This document shows, piece by piece, positions 9,530-19,854 of a stretch of DNA of 64,000 nucleotides. Source of the DNA: Candidatus Aminicenantes bacterium (GTDB taxonomy: Bacteria > Acidobacteriota > Aminicenantia > Aminicenantales > JAFGAV01); NCBI GenBank assembly GCA_963705895.1, contig OY970122.1:588744-652743 (forward strand). The letters are read 5' to 3'. A program made the translations under genes and the position numbers. The notes under the pieces were generated by a model. It ran no database searches, was not told where the DNA came from, and saw only the letters and a list, made by a program, of their open reading frames with translations. How positions within the stretch are numbered: position 1 is the first letter of the stretch; every line of letters starts with the position of its first letter.

Positions 9530-10747
9530 ATGAACTACGAGCTCTTTATCGCCAAGCGCTACCTGACGGCCAAACGCAAGCAGGCCTTTGTTTCAGTCAT
9601 CACCTTCATCTCCGTCCTGGGCATCACCATCGGGGTCATGGCCCTCATCATCGCTCTGGGCCTGATCACCGGCTTTCAGGAGGACGTCCAAAACAAGATC
9701 CTCGGCGCCACATCGCACATCATGGTCTCGGACCTGACGGGGGAGGGGTTGCGCGATTACGGCCCTCTCCAGGAGAAGATCGAGCGCTTGCCCGGCGTCA
9801 TATCGGTGACCCCGGTCGCCTACAACACCGTGCTTCTCTCCGGCTTCGCTAAGAGCTCCGGGGCCGTCCTCAAGGGGATCGACTTCAGCCGGGAGAAGAA
9901 GCAGGCGCCCTGGCTCGAGAAGCTCGACGCCGGCCGCCTGCCGGATGAAGCTTCCCGGGAGGGAATTCTCATCGGCAGTCAGCTGGCGGCGCAGGTGGGT
10001 GCCGGCGTGGGCGACGCGGTGACGGTCTACACGGCTTCCTCGAGGCTTTCGCCCCTGGGTCCTTTGCCCAAGCTCCGAAAATTCATCGTCACGGGGATAT
10101 TCTCCACGGGCCTTTACGAATTTGATGCTTCGACGGCCCTGGTCACCCTGAGAACGGCTCAGAAGTTCTTCAAGCTGGAGAGCCGCATCAGCTACCTCGA
10201 GGTCATGCTCCGGGACATCTTCCAGGCCGACCGACTCGGGCGGGAGATTCAGAATCTCGCCCCGGCTGCGGTCTACATCACGACCTGGATGGAGCTCAAC
10301 AAGCCGCTCTTCTCCGCGCTCAAGCTCGAGAAGAACATCATTTTTCTGACCATCACCCTGATCGTCCTCGTGGCGGCCCTCAACATCATCGCGACGCTCA
10401 TCCTCATGGTTATGGAAAAGACCCGGGACATCGGGATCCTCATCGCCCTGGGCGCCACGTCCCGCAATATCCGCAAGGTCTTCTTCCTCCAGGGAGCGAT
10501 CATCGGCCTGCTGGGCACGGGGGCGGGACTGGCCCTCGGCCTGGGATGGTGCGCCCTGGCCAACACTTTCAAGCTCATCCGTGTTCCGGTGGCCATCTAT
10601 CAGATCTCGTATGTTCCCTTCCATATCAAACCGGCCGACCTCCTGGCTATCATCGGCCTGTCACTCCTCATCAGCCTGGGCTCCACGCTGTTCCCTTCAC
10701 GGCGGGCGGCGCGCGTGGACCCGGTGACGGCGTTGAAGTATGAATAG
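9530..10747 (+). CDS. lolC: lipoprotein-releasing system permease LolC/LolE (FtsX family)
   Basis: MNYELFIAKRYLTAKRKQAFVSVITFISVLGITIGVMALII... with a periplasmic domain and C-terminal FtsX TM helices; immediately followed by lolD. Confidence 0.8.
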   Translation: MNYELFIAKRYLTAKRKQAFVSVITFISVLGITIGVMALIIALGLITGFQEDVQNKILGATSHIMVSDLTGEGLRDYGPLQEKIERLPGVISVTPVAYNTVLLSGFAKSSGAVLKGIDFSREKKQAPWLEKLDAGRLPDEASREGILIGSQLAAQVGAGVGDAVTVYTASSRLSPLGPLPKLRKFIVTGIFSTGLYEFDASTALVTLRTAQKFFKLESRISYLEVMLRDIFQADRLGREIQNLAPAAVYITTWMELNKPLFSALKLEKNIIFLTITLIVLVAALNIIATLILMVMEKTRDIGILIALGATSRNIRKVFFLQGAIIGLLGTGAGLALGLGWCALANTFKLIRVPVAIYQISYVPFHIKPADLLAIIGLSLLISLGSTLFPSRRAARVDPVTALKYE

Positions 10748-11426
10748 CCTGCTCCGCGTCGAGAACCTGGCCAAGGATTATCCCTTGCCCGGGGGCTGGT
10801 ATGCCGTCTTTCGGGGGCTGAATTTCGGGGTCGAACGTGGGACGCTGGCGGCGATCATGGGCGCTTCCGGCGTGGGCAAGACGACGCTCCTTAACCTGTT
10901 GGGGGCCCTGGATAAGCCCAGCGCGGGCAAGGTTTTCCTCGAGGACGAGGACGTCTTCGCCAAAAACGAGTTCGAGCTGGCCGCGTTCCGAAACCGGCGG
11001 GTCGGGTTCGTCTTTCAATTTTTCCACCTTCTTCCCGAGTTCTCCGCCCTGGAAAATGTGGCCTTCCCCCTGATGATAGGCGGCGCCTCCAAGGAGGAAG
11101 CCCTGGAGCGCGCTCGGGAGATGCTGGCCGAGGTCCGGCTCGGGGACAAGACAGGCTCCCGGCCCGCCCAGTTGTCGGGCGGCGAACAGCAGAGGGTCGC
11201 CATCGCCCGGGCCCTGGTCAACCGTCCCTGCCTGCTCCTGGCCGATGAACCCACGGGCAACCTTGACTGGAAGGCGGGGGAGAGGGTGCTCGAGCTCGTC
11301 CTGGAGCTTCACCACAGCCGGGGACTGACGTCGCTCGTCGTCACCCACAACGAAAAAGTGGCTGCTTTCTGCCAAGAACAGTTCCTGATGGAAGCCGGGG
11401 AGTTGAAACGAATCGTTCCTGATTGA
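10740..11426 (+). CDS. lolD: lipoprotein-releasing system ATP-binding protein LolD
   Basis: Walker [16 protein letters not shown], signature [15 protein letters not shown], Walker [13 protein letters not shown]; 8-nt overlap with the upstream permease gene. Confidence 0.8.
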   Translation: MNSLLRVENLAKDYPLPGGWYAVFRGLNFGVERGTLAAIMGASGVGKTTLLNLLGALDKPSAGKVFLEDEDVFAKNEFELAAFRNRRVGFVFQFFHLLPEFSALENVAFPLMIGGASKEEALERAREMLAEVRLGDKTGSRPAQLSGGEQQRVAIARALVNRPCLLLADEPTGNLDWKAGERVLELVLELHHSRGLTSLVVTHNEKVAAFCQEQFLMEAGELKRIVPD

Positions 11427-11501
11427 TGTTCTTTCGGGTATGAGGCCTGGGTCCTGTTTCCTTTTGAAAAAACCCCTTTAATATGGTATAAGAGGAAAGT
11501 T

Positions 11502-13805
11502 ATGAAGAAAGCTTTTTGGCTGGTTGTGCTCATTCTCCTCCCCCTTTCCCTGTACAGTCAGGAACTCATCGAAAAGCTCGAGGTCGTCGGCAATAACCGG
11601 GTCACTCTGGAAACGGTGATGTACTACATCACCGCCCGGGAGGGCGACTATTTCAAGGAAGAGGACCTGAAAAAGGATTTCCAGGTCCTGTGGACCACTG
11701 GTTTTTTCTCCGATGTCCGGGTCGAGCAGGCGGATGGCCAGCGGGGCAAGATCGTCCGGTTCATTCTTAAGGAAAACCCGGTCGTCAAGGACATCGTCTT
11801 CAAGACGGGCAAGAAGCTCAAGGAAGACGATATCATCAGCAAGCTCAAGGAAAAGGACGAATACATCCTTCCTTATTCTTATTACAGCCCCTTCAAGATC
11901 CTTCGGGTCCGAAGAACCATCGAGGACCTTCTCTCGGAGAAGGGGCTCCAGGCCGGGACCGTGGCCGTGGAGGAGGCCTCCAAGGGCAAGAACGAGGTCG
12001 AAGTCCAGTTCCGGATCAACGAGGGCTCCAAGGTCCTCGTGGGTCAGGTCGTTTTCGAGGGCCGGCCCAAACTGCCCGAGAGCGAGCTGAAGGGAGCCCT
12101 GAGCGACAACCAGGAGCACAGCCTCTTCAGCTGGATCACGGGCAAGGACGTTTACAAGCAGAACAAGCTTCCCGAGGAGCTGGACCTGGTCAAGAAACGG
12201 CTCCAGGAAAACGGCTACATGGAGGCGACGATCGGAGAGCCCCGGACCGAGGAGATGACCCGCCGGACGATCTTCTTCAAGACCCAGAAGATGATGCGAA
12301 TCGTGATCCCCGTCGACGCGGGCTATCTCTACCGGGTGGGCACGGTCGACGTCGAGGGGGTCAAGTCGATCAGACCCGACCTGGTCAAGACTTTGATCGG
12401 CTTTCGCCCGGGAGAGATCTACAGCACCAAGGTCCGGGAAAAGGCCGTTGAGGACATCGGCAAGTTCTTCCGCAACGGCGGGTACCTCTACTGCCAGGTC
12501 GCGCCCGTCGAAAACCTAGACCCCAAGAACAAGCTGGTCAACGTCACCTTCAACATCATGGAGGGCGAGGTCTGCTACCTCAATCGCCTAAATTTCCGGG
12601 GAAACATTTACACCAAGGACAAGGTCATGCGGCGGGAGATGCTCCTCCGGGAGGGCGACCGGCTGAGCCTGGCCCTGTTCACGGACAGCATCCTGCGCAT
12701 CCGGCAGGTGGGCCTGGTGGACATCGAGAAGGACCCCGACATCAAGCCCCTTCCCGAGGACCCGACCAAGTTCGACGTCACGGTCAACGTCAAGGAGCTC
12801 CAGCGCAACAACATCCAGTTCACGGCCGGATACAGCGGTTATGAGGGATACTTCGTGGCCCTGACCTACGAGACCGTCAACTTCCTGGGAGCGGGGGAGA
12901 ACCTCAACCTGACCGTCCAGACGGGGAAGCTGGTCCGAAACTACTCGTTCGGCTTCACCGAACCCTATGTCTTCGATTATCCCATCAGCTTGGGGTTCAA
13001 CGTCTTTGACCGAAAAATAGAGTACCCCTCGATCTATACCCAAAAAACGAAGGGCATCGACCTCTCCTGCGGCGCGCGGCTGATCGGGTATTGGCGTATG
13101 AATGCCGTCTATACCTTCCAAGATGTGGACCTGTCTCTGCCTTCGGATTCGACGCTCGACCCTACCTATTACGGCCTTTACGGAGTCGGCAAGTACACGG
13201 AAAGCAGCATCACGCCCGAGGTCTATTATTCCACGATCGATAGCCCGTTGACTCCCAGCCGGGGGACGATGTACCTGGTCTCGTTGAAGTACGCCGGGAC
13301 GTTCCTGGGCGGCGGCGTCCACATCTACAAGCCCAGCTTCAAGTTCACTCACTACCAGCCCACGTTCAGCGGCCAATCCATCGGCGTGCACGTTGAGTAT
13401 GAGTATATTCACACCTTGAGAACGGGCGGGTTCGTTCCCTACTGGGAACGGTTCTTCCTGGGCGGGGAGCGCGATATCCGCGGCTACGAGATCTACACCA
13501 TCGGGCCGCGGTCATCCTCAGGGACCCTGATCGGCGGGGACAAAGCCTTCATCATCAACGCCGAGTACATCATCAACGTCGGGGGCCCGCTGTACATCAT
13601 CCTCTTCCACGATATGGGCAACTCCCTAGCTGCCTCGCAAAAGATCGACTTCAAGAACCTCTACTCCTCGAGCGGCATCGAGGCCCGGATCTTCGTCCCG
13701 GCCCTGAGAGTTCCCTTTCGACTGATTTTCGCCTATAATAATCGGAAAATTTACGCGGACGATTCGAACTTCGCTTTTCGTTTCGCTCTGGGCACGACAT
13801 TTTGA
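11502..13805 (+). CDS. bamA: outer membrane protein assembly factor BamA
   Basis: Signal peptide MKKAFWLVVLILLPLSLYSQ; POTRA repeats (IEKLEVVGNNRVTLETVMYYI...); C-terminal Omp85 barrel ending ...FALGTTF. GAGGAAAG RBS upstream; followed by skp. Confidence 0.9.
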   Translation: MKKAFWLVVLILLPLSLYSQELIEKLEVVGNNRVTLETVMYYITAREGDYFKEEDLKKDFQVLWTTGFFSDVRVEQADGQRGKIVRFILKENPVVKDIVFKTGKKLKEDDIISKLKEKDEYILPYSYYSPFKILRVRRTIEDLLSEKGLQAGTVAVEEASKGKNEVEVQFRINEGSKVLVGQVVFEGRPKLPESELKGALSDNQEHSLFSWITGKDVYKQNKLPEELDLVKKRLQENGYMEATIGEPRTEEMTRRTIFFKTQKMMRIVIPVDAGYLYRVGTVDVEGVKSIRPDLVKTLIGFRPGEIYSTKVREKAVEDIGKFFRNGGYLYCQVAPVENLDPKNKLVNVTFNIMEGEVCYLNRLNFRGNIYTKDKVMRREMLLREGDRLSLALFTDSILRIRQVGLVDIEKDPDIKPLPEDPTKFDVTVNVKELQRNNIQFTAGYSGYEGYFVALTYETVNFLGAGENLNLTVQTGKLVRNYSFGFTEPYVFDYPISLGFNVFDRKIEYPSIYTQKTKGIDLSCGARLIGYWRMNAVYTFQDVDLSLPSDSTLDPTYYGLYGVGKYTESSITPEVYYSTIDSPLTPSRGTMYLVSLKYAGTFLGGGVHIYKPSFKFTHYQPTFSGQSIGVHVEYEYIHTLRTGGFVPYWERFFLGGERDIRGYEIYTIGPRSSSGTLIGGDKAFIINAEYIINVGGPLYIILFHDMGNSLAASQKIDFKNLYSSSGIEARIFVPALRVPFRLIFAYNNRKIYADDSNFAFRFALGTTF

Positions 13806-13866
13806 TGGTTTCAGACAGCCGAAGAAGCGTTTGTTCCAATCGATGATCGACAAAGGAGGTATATCG

Positions 13867-14412
13867 ATGACAAAGTCAAAGGCAGTCTACACGATCCTTC
13901 CCCTTTTTCTCACGGTTCTCTTCGTCTCGGCCGGCCTGGCCCAGCAGGGGGTGAAGATCGGCGTGATCAACTCCCAGGATGTCCTGGAGAAATCCGTCGA
14001 AGGCAAGAAGGTCATCGCCCGGCTCCAGGAGACGGACAAGAAGAACCAGACCCTCATGGCCAAGACCGATGACGAGATTCGGGCGCTGGAGACCAAGCTC
14101 AGCACCCAGCGGTTGACCCTGAGCGAGGAAGCCCTGGTCCAGCTCAGTTCCGACCTGGACAAGAAGAAGAAGGATCGGACCCGGTTCGCCGAGGACGCCA
14201 CCCGGGACATCCAGGAACTCCAGCAGAGGCTTTACCTCAAGCTCCAGTCGGAGCTCCTGGTCATCATCGAGGGCATCGGCAAGGAAAAGGGTTATGACCT
14301 GATCCTCGACCTGGGCAAGAGCGGGGCCGTCTTCTTCAACCCGGCCATAGACATCACGACCGAGGTCATCAAGCGCTACGACGCCAGCAAGGCCACGCCC
14401 CCGGCCAAATAA
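13867..14412 (+). CDS. skp: periplasmic chaperone Skp (OmpH family)
   Basis: AAGGAGG RBS then MTKSKAVYTILPLFLTVLFVSAGLAQQGVKIGVINSQDVLEKSVEGKK...; coiled-coil-rich; position after bamA. Confidence 0.75.
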   Translation: MTKSKAVYTILPLFLTVLFVSAGLAQQGVKIGVINSQDVLEKSVEGKKVIARLQETDKKNQTLMAKTDDEIRALETKLSTQRLTLSEEALVQLSSDLDKKKKDRTRFAEDATRDIQELQQRLYLKLQSELLVIIEGIGKEKGYDLILDLGKSGAVFFNPAIDITTEVIKRYDASKATPPAK

Positions 14413-14420
14413 GGCGGGAC

Positions 14421-14876
14421 ATGCTGTTCAAGATCGAGGATATTCAGAGATTCCTCCCGCATCGCTATCCCTTTCTCCTGGTCGACCGCGTCCTGGAGAT
14501 GGAAGCCGGCAAGTCCATTACGGCCCTGAAGAATGTCACGGTCAACGAGTCCTTTTTTCAGGGCCATTTTCCAAGGCTCAAGATCATGCCCGGCGTCCTG
14601 ATCGTGGAAGCCATCGCCCAGGCGGGAGGAATTCTCCTCTATCATTCGATCCCCAACCCGGAGGACAAGGTCGTCGTCCTCAGCAAGATCGATAATACCA
14701 GGTTCCGCCGACCGGTGGTGCCCGGGGACCAGCTTCAACTCGTGGCTCGGATCATCAAGCTTAGAAGCCGCATTTGCCATCTCTCAGGCCAAGCTTCCGT
14801 CAACGGGGAAGTGGTGGTGGAAGGCGAGCTCATGGCTTCGCTGCTCGCCCTTGAGGAGATGAATGACCGGTCCTGA
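14421..14876 (+). CDS. fabZ: 3-hydroxyacyl-ACP dehydratase FabZ
   Basis: LPHRYPFLLVDRVLEMEAGKSITALKNVTVNESFFQGHFPRLKIMPGVLIVEAIAQAGG is the canonical FabZ hot-dog fold. Confidence 0.9.
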   Translation: MLFKIEDIQRFLPHRYPFLLVDRVLEMEAGKSITALKNVTVNESFFQGHFPRLKIMPGVLIVEAIAQAGGILLYHSIPNPEDKVVVLSKIDNTRFRRPVVPGDQLQLVARIIKLRSRICHLSGQASVNGEVVVEGELMASLLALEEMNDRS

Positions 14877-15687
14877 CGTCGTCATCCATCCCACCGCGAC
14901 CGTCCACCCCCAAGCGCAGTTGGAGGAAGGCGTCCAGGTGGGGCCCTATTGTCTCATCGGTCCCCGGGTTGTTCTTCACCGGAACGTCCGGCTGGAAGGG
15001 CATGTCGTCATCCAGGGCCGGACCGAGGTGGGGCCGGACTGCCTCTTCTCTCCCCATTCGGTCATAGGCACCGAGCCCCAAGATGTTGCCTATAAGGGTG
15101 AAGAGACGCGAGTTGAGATCGGGAGCGGGAACGTCTTCCGGGAGTTCGTTAGCATCCACCGTGGAACGGCCGGGGATGAAGGGCTGACCCGCCTGGGCGA
15201 CAAGAACTACCTGATGGCCTTCGCCCACGTGGGCCATGACTGCCGGATCGGCAACGAAACGGTGCTCACCCACGGCGTCACCCTGGGCGGGCATGTCGCG
15301 GTCGAGGATTTCGCCAACATCGGCGGGCTGACCGGAGTGCACCAGTTCTGCCGGATCGGCCGCTATGCCTTTATCGGAGGTTATACCGTCCTGACCCAGG
15401 ACGTCGTTCCCTTTGCCAGGGTGGCCGGAAGCCGGCCCGCCCACTTTTTTGGGTTGAACCTGGTCGGCCTCCGGCGGCGGGGTTTCACCAAAGAGCGTCT
15501 CCGGGAACTGAAGGACATCTTCAAGGTCATGTTCTATTCCGACCTGAACGCCAGTCAGGCGGCGGACAAGATCAAGGCCGACTTCCCGGCGAACGAGGAT
15601 GGACAGGAGCTGCTTCGCTTCATCAGCTCCTCCAAGAGAGGTTTCGTCAAAAAGGTGTCCGACCAATGGGACCTCGAATCGGGCTGA
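14863..15687 (+). CDS. lpxA: acyl-ACP--UDP-N-acetylglucosamine O-acyltransferase LpxA
   Basis: Left-handed beta-helix hexapeptide repeats (IHPTATVHPQAQLEEGVQVGPYCLIGPRVVLHRNVRLEGHVVIQG...), ...GDKNYLMAFAHVGHDCRIGN...; 14-nt overlap with fabZ. Confidence 0.9.
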   Translation: MTGPDVVIHPTATVHPQAQLEEGVQVGPYCLIGPRVVLHRNVRLEGHVVIQGRTEVGPDCLFSPHSVIGTEPQDVAYKGEETRVEIGSGNVFREFVSIHRGTAGDEGLTRLGDKNYLMAFAHVGHDCRIGNETVLTHGVTLGGHVAVEDFANIGGLTGVHQFCRIGRYAFIGGYTVLTQDVVPFARVAGSRPAHFFGLNLVGLRRRGFTKERLRELKDIFKVMFYSDLNASQAADKIKADFPANEDGQELLRFISSSKRGFVKKVSDQWDLESG

Positions 15688-16475
15688 TCGCCGGGTCCGG
15701 AGAATTCTCCCTTTTCGTGCTGGATGAAGCCCGACGAAGGGGTTTCTTTTGCGCCGTCCTGGCCGTTCCGGGCGAGGCCGCGGACGAGCTCGAGGCCCGG
15801 GCGGATGCTTGCCTCCGCTCAGACCCCGGCCGGGTCGCCGAGGCTGTCGCGTTCTTCCGAAAGCACGAGGTCCGGGACATCATGTTTGCCGGGAAGATTG
15901 ACCCCTCCGCCGTTTTTCAGACCGAGGGGCAGGATGAAACGGCCCGGAACCTGGTTAAAACCCTTGGGGACAAGAGGCCTTCGGCTCTGATCCGACGCGC
16001 CATCGATTTCTTGACCGCTCAGGGCTTCTCCGTCATGGACCCGGAGCCGTTCCTCGGTTCGCTTCTGTGCGAGGAAGGTCTCCTGACCGCGCGGGTTCCG
16101 TCCCCGGAGGTGATGGCCGACGTCGACTTCGGCTGGCCCCTGGCCCGGACCATCGCCGACCAGGATATCGGCCAAACCCTCGTCGTCAAGGACGGCTTGG
16201 TCGTCGCCGTCGAAGGCCTGGAGGGGACGGATGAGGCCGTTCGCCGCAGCGGCCGCTTGGCCGGCCCGGGCACGGTCGTGCTCAAGGTCGGTCGAACATC
16301 CCAGGACCGGCGGGTCGACCTCCCGGCTGTGGGCTTGACCACGGTCCGCAGCCTGATCGAGGCCGGCGCCTCGGCCCTCTGCCTCGAAGCGGGCCGAGTG
16401 CTCGTTTTCCGAAGAACGGAGGCCGCGGCCCTGGCCGAGTCCAGCGGGGTGGTCATGATGGCCCGGCGAGGCTGA
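15666..16475 (+). CDS. lpxI: UDP-2,3-diacylglucosamine hydrolase LpxI (DUF1009 family)
   Basis: N-terminus MGPRIGLIAGSGEFSLFVLDEARRRG matches the LpxI M..IGLIAG.G.LP start; about 270 aa; sits directly after lpxA. Confidence 0.7.
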   Translation: MGPRIGLIAGSGEFSLFVLDEARRRGFFCAVLAVPGEAADELEARADACLRSDPGRVAEAVAFFRKHEVRDIMFAGKIDPSAVFQTEGQDETARNLVKTLGDKRPSALIRRAIDFLTAQGFSVMDPEPFLGSLLCEEGLLTARVPSPEVMADVDFGWPLARTIADQDIGQTLVVKDGLVVAVEGLEGTDEAVRRSGRLAGPGTVVLKVGRTSQDRRVDLPAVGLTTVRSLIEAGASALCLEAGRVLVFRRTEAAALAESSGVVMMARRG

Positions 16476-16491
16476 AAGCCAAGAGGAGATC

Positions 16492-17406
16492 ATGGACAAA
16501 GTCCGAGTGGGCATCATCGGCGTGGGATACCTGGGCACGCAGCACGCCCGCATCCTGTCCTACCTCGAGGAGGCGGAGCTCAAGGGCGTGGCCGACATCA
16601 ATTTCAAGAAGGCCCTGGAGATCGGCAATCGCCACGGCGTGCAATACTACTCAAACTATGAGGAGATGCTGGACGACATCGATGCGGCCATCGTGGCCAC
16701 GCCCACCACGGAGCACTTCGCCATTTCGCTGGACCTCCTCCAACGAGGGAAGCATGTCCTGGTGGAGAAGCCCATAACCGAGACCGTGGAGCAGGGCGAA
16801 CAGCTGGTCGAGGCCGCCCGGGCGAACAGGCTGATCTTTCAGGTGGGGCACCTGGAACGGTTCAACCCCGCCGTGGAGGCGCTGGAGGGTTTGATCTCCG
16901 AGCCGAAGTTCATCGAAGTCCAGAGGCTGGGGTCGTTCTCCGCCCGGTCGCTGGACGTGGACGTCGTCCTGGACCTGATGATCCACGACTTGGATATCAT
17001 CCTGTCCCTGATCAAGGATGAGGTGTCGGTCATCCGGAGCCAGGGCATCCATGTCCTCTCCGACAAGATCGACATCGCCAACGCCCGGATCGAGTTCAAG
17101 TCCGGCTGTATCGCTACCCTGACCGCCAGCCGCGTCCACCAGGGCAAGGTCCGCAAGCTTCGCGTCTTCGAGCCCACGTCCTACTACTCCGTGGACTATA
17201 TCGACCAGGACGTCAAGATCTTTCCTCTGAACAGCGGCCCGACCGAGGTCAAGACGCTCAAGATTCCGAAGGAAGAGCCGCTCAAGAAAGAGCTTCAGAA
17301 TTTCCTGCGCTGTCAGGTCGAAGGCCGACAGGGAAAGGTCACCGGGGAGGAAGGCCTGCGGGCCCTTCGTCTGGCTCACGCCGTGCTGAAGGAAACCGAG
17401 CTCTAG
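16492..17406 (+). CDS. Gfo/Idh/MocA-family NAD(P)-dependent oxidoreductase (possibly GnnA-like UDP-GlcNAc 3-dehydrogenase)
   Basis: Rossmann start MDKVRVGIIGVGYLGTQHARIL...AIVATPTTEHFAISLDLLQRGKHVLVEKP; located in the lpx cluster. Confidence 0.7.
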   Translation: MDKVRVGIIGVGYLGTQHARILSYLEEAELKGVADINFKKALEIGNRHGVQYYSNYEEMLDDIDAAIVATPTTEHFAISLDLLQRGKHVLVEKPITETVEQGEQLVEAARANRLIFQVGHLERFNPAVEALEGLISEPKFIEVQRLGSFSARSLDVDVVLDLMIHDLDIILSLIKDEVSVIRSQGIHVLSDKIDIANARIEFKSGCIATLTASRVHQGKVRKLRVFEPTSYYSVDYIDQDVKIFPLNSGPTEVKTLKIPKEEPLKKELQNFLRCQVEGRQGKVTGEEGLRALRLAHAVLKETEL

Positions 17407-17539
17407 CCTGCGATCGCGGACGGCGAGCCCGCCTCAAGAATCTACGATTTTCCCCCTGTCCTGTCCCGGACTCAGCTCCCTGGAGAGAGCTCTCGGAATG
17501 ACCTCGTTGTCGGCGGCCGATCGTTTTGATGCCCTGGCC

Positions 17540-18961
17540 CTAACGGATGGTCTTGACCCATTGCCTGGCCGGGGGCGTATCCTTCAACTGCATCTCGTTG
17601 AGCAAGGCGGCCTTGGGCCAAAGCTCCTTGTTCATCCCCGCGGCCTGGAAGATCGCTTGAAGGTCCTTGTCTCCGGCGGCCCGGATGATCTTGATCCGGT
17701 GCGGAGAGCGGTTGATGCGGGCCGGGTCGTTGAGCTCCTGGAATGAGCGGACGATTCCGCGGAAGGAAGGATCATGGCGCTCGAAAACGCCCGAAGCGCT
17801 CAGGGCGGCCAAAGTGTAGACGAACCCGCCCTTCCGGACGAAGGACATTCTGACCCTGAGGGCGTCCTTATCCTGGCGAGTGACGTCGAAGACCTGCTCG
17901 TACGCGGTCAAGCCGTTGACCGTCAGGCTGGATTCGCCCAGGAGCTTCCGGTCCTTGAGCTCCGAGGCTTTGCGCTCGGCGTAGGACTTCAAGCCTTCGG
18001 CCGTCTTCTCGGCCTGAAGAACGAAGGCCGCCTGCTCATCGGCCGAGGCCAGGGTCACCTGGTTCGATGTATTCTGGATCTTCCACCCCCGGGGATAGGC
18101 CAGGGAGAATCGAAGCGTGGGTTGGTAGAAGACGTTTCCCTCGACGTAGCCTTGGCGCGGGTCATCGCCGTAGATGATGCCGTCGACCGTCTGGAGGTAG
18201 ACGTCCCGGCGGACGGCCAGGGACGCGTCGCCTGCGGCCAGCATCCCCGAGACATTCTTGATGCGCTCGCTGTTAAGGGGATGAGTGGACAGGAACCCCG
18301 GCAGGGAGGTCCCCCCGGACATATCGCCCAGCCGCTCGAGAGTGGAGAAGAAATTGATCATCCCGGCCGGGTTGAAGCCCGCCCGGCGGGCGTACTCCAC
18401 GCCCAGGGCGTCGGCCTGCCGCTCATCGTCGCGGCTGAATTTCAGGTAGAGGAGCTGGATCCCGAGGCCGGCCACGCCCGAGATCTCGGCGAACGTTTCG
18501 CTGAGAGCGCTGCCCACGGCCAGGCCGACCTGGATAAGGATCATCTCGCTCATCCGGCGCACCGTGTGGCGGGCGGCGACATGGCCCAGCTCGTGGCCCA
18601 GGACCACGGCCAGTTCGGATTCGGTGTTGATCAGGGCCAGCGCGCCCCGGGTGATGTAGATGTAGCCCCCCGGGGCGGCGAAGGCGTTGACCACCGAGGT
18701 ATCAAGGACCTGGAAAGCATAGGGCAGGTTGGGCCGGTGGCTGAAGGGCACGATGCGACCCCCGACCCCGGCCACGTAGGCGCCCAGCCCTCCCTCGTCA
18801 TAGACCCCGAACTGGCCGCAGATCTGGGCGTTTGTTTCGCGGCCGAGCTCGATCTCGCCCTGTTCGGAGATGAGACTCAGCTCCTTCTTGCCGGTCACGG
18901 GGTTGACGGCGCACGAGGCGAGCAAGGTCGCGAAAAGAATCACCGCCGCGATGCGGCGCAT
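17540..18961 (-). CDS. M48-family zinc metallopeptidase lipoprotein (BepA/Ste24-like)
   Basis: Lipoprotein signal MRRIAAVILFATLLASC (lipobox LLASC) and HELGH zinc motif (...LAVVLGHELGHVAARH...). The ORF extends upstream to 19003; the internal ATG at 18961 was chosen for the signal peptide. Confidence 0.75.
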   Translation of the reverse strand: MRRIAAVILFATLLASCAVNPVTGKKELSLISEQGEIELGRETNAQICGQFGVYDEGGLGAYVAGVGGRIVPFSHRPNLPYAFQVLDTSVVNAFAAPGGYIYITRGALALINTESELAVVLGHELGHVAARHTVRRMSEMILIQVGLAVGSALSETFAEISGVAGLGIQLLYLKFSRDDERQADALGVEYARRAGFNPAGMINFFSTLERLGDMSGGTSLPGFLSTHPLNSERIKNVSGMLAAGDASLAVRRDVYLQTVDGIIYGDDPRQGYVEGNVFYQPTLRFSLAYPRGWKIQNTSNQVTLASADEQAAFVLQAEKTAEGLKSYAERKASELKDRKLLGESSLTVNGLTAYEQVFDVTRQDKDALRVRMSFVRKGGFVYTLAALSASGVFERHDPSFRGIVRSFQELNDPARINRSPHRIKIIRAAGDKDLQAIFQAAGMNKELWPKAALLNEMQLKDTPPARQWVKTIR

Positions 18962-19007
18962 TATCCGGACTCCGCCGTCCGCCCGCTGAATATCGGGCGT
19001 CATCGAA

Positions 19008-19742
19008 CTATTTGCTGGAGCGCTTGAAGAACGAGTCTTCCAGCCCGGTATTGAACACGGTCTTGGTGATCTTCATCCTGATGAAATCCTGGCCGTCCAC
19101 GAGGATATTGATGGATTTGGGCACGGACAATCCCTGCTCGGGCTGATAGTCCAAGGTGAAGGTTTCCGAGATCGCCTCGGTTCCGGCCGCAGTGGTGGTC
19201 TTGGCCCGTGTCTTGAAGGTCAGGTAGGTTTCGGGGTCGAGATACATCGTGGCCCGGAAGCCGTCCTTGAACACCTGATCCACGACGATGTACTCTTTGT
19301 CGTTGATCTTCTCCTTGGGTTTCAGCTCATAGCTGATGCCGTACTTGGCCGGGTTGAACAGGGCTTCGTTGCCTATGCCCTGTCGCTTGAGATCGGCGCC
19401 CTGCTGTTCGTTCATGAGCTCTTCCGTGCCGGTCTGGGGGTTGACCCACCAGGCGCTCTCGCCGTCGTAGGCTTGGGTGATGACCATGCCCATCATTTCC
19501 ATGTCGAGACGGATAAGGCCGGGTTCCTTTTGGTACATCGTGACGGTTCCGTTCATCCCGAACTGGACCATTTCCGCCGTGCCGGAGTAGGTTGAATCCT
19601 TGATGGCCTCCATGGCCGGCCGGCCGCCCAGGGCGGCGACCATCTTGTCCATGACTTCCTGGACGGTTTGGGCCCTGAGTGACGCAGCGGCCAGGCTCGC
19701 CGCCAATATCGCCAGCACGGTGCACAGGATCGTCTTTTTCAT
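19008..19742 (-). CDS. LolA-like / outer-membrane lipoprotein-sorting family periplasmic protein (hypothetical)
   Basis: Signal peptide MKKTILCTVLAILAASLAAASLRAQ; about 240-aa soluble beta-rich protein sitting next to a lipoprotein peptidase. Confidence 0.5.
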   Translation of the reverse strand: MKKTILCTVLAILAASLAAASLRAQTVQEVMDKMVAALGGRPAMEAIKDSTYSGTAEMVQFGMNGTVTMYQKEPGLIRLDMEMMGMVITQAYDGESAWWVNPQTGTEELMNEQQGADLKRQGIGNEALFNPAKYGISYELKPKEKINDKEYIVVDQVFKDGFRATMYLDPETYLTFKTRAKTTTAAGTEAISETFTLDYQPEQGLSVPKSINILVDGQDFIRMKITKTVFNTGLEDSFFKRSSK

Positions 19743-19854
19743 GGTTTCCTCCTTGTTTCTCTTCTTTATTCTATAGAAAACTGTTCGGCATGTGAAGAGA
19801 ATTCACGGACCGGGCCGGCCCCGGCCGCGGTTGATTTGATCCCGGAAAGACATT

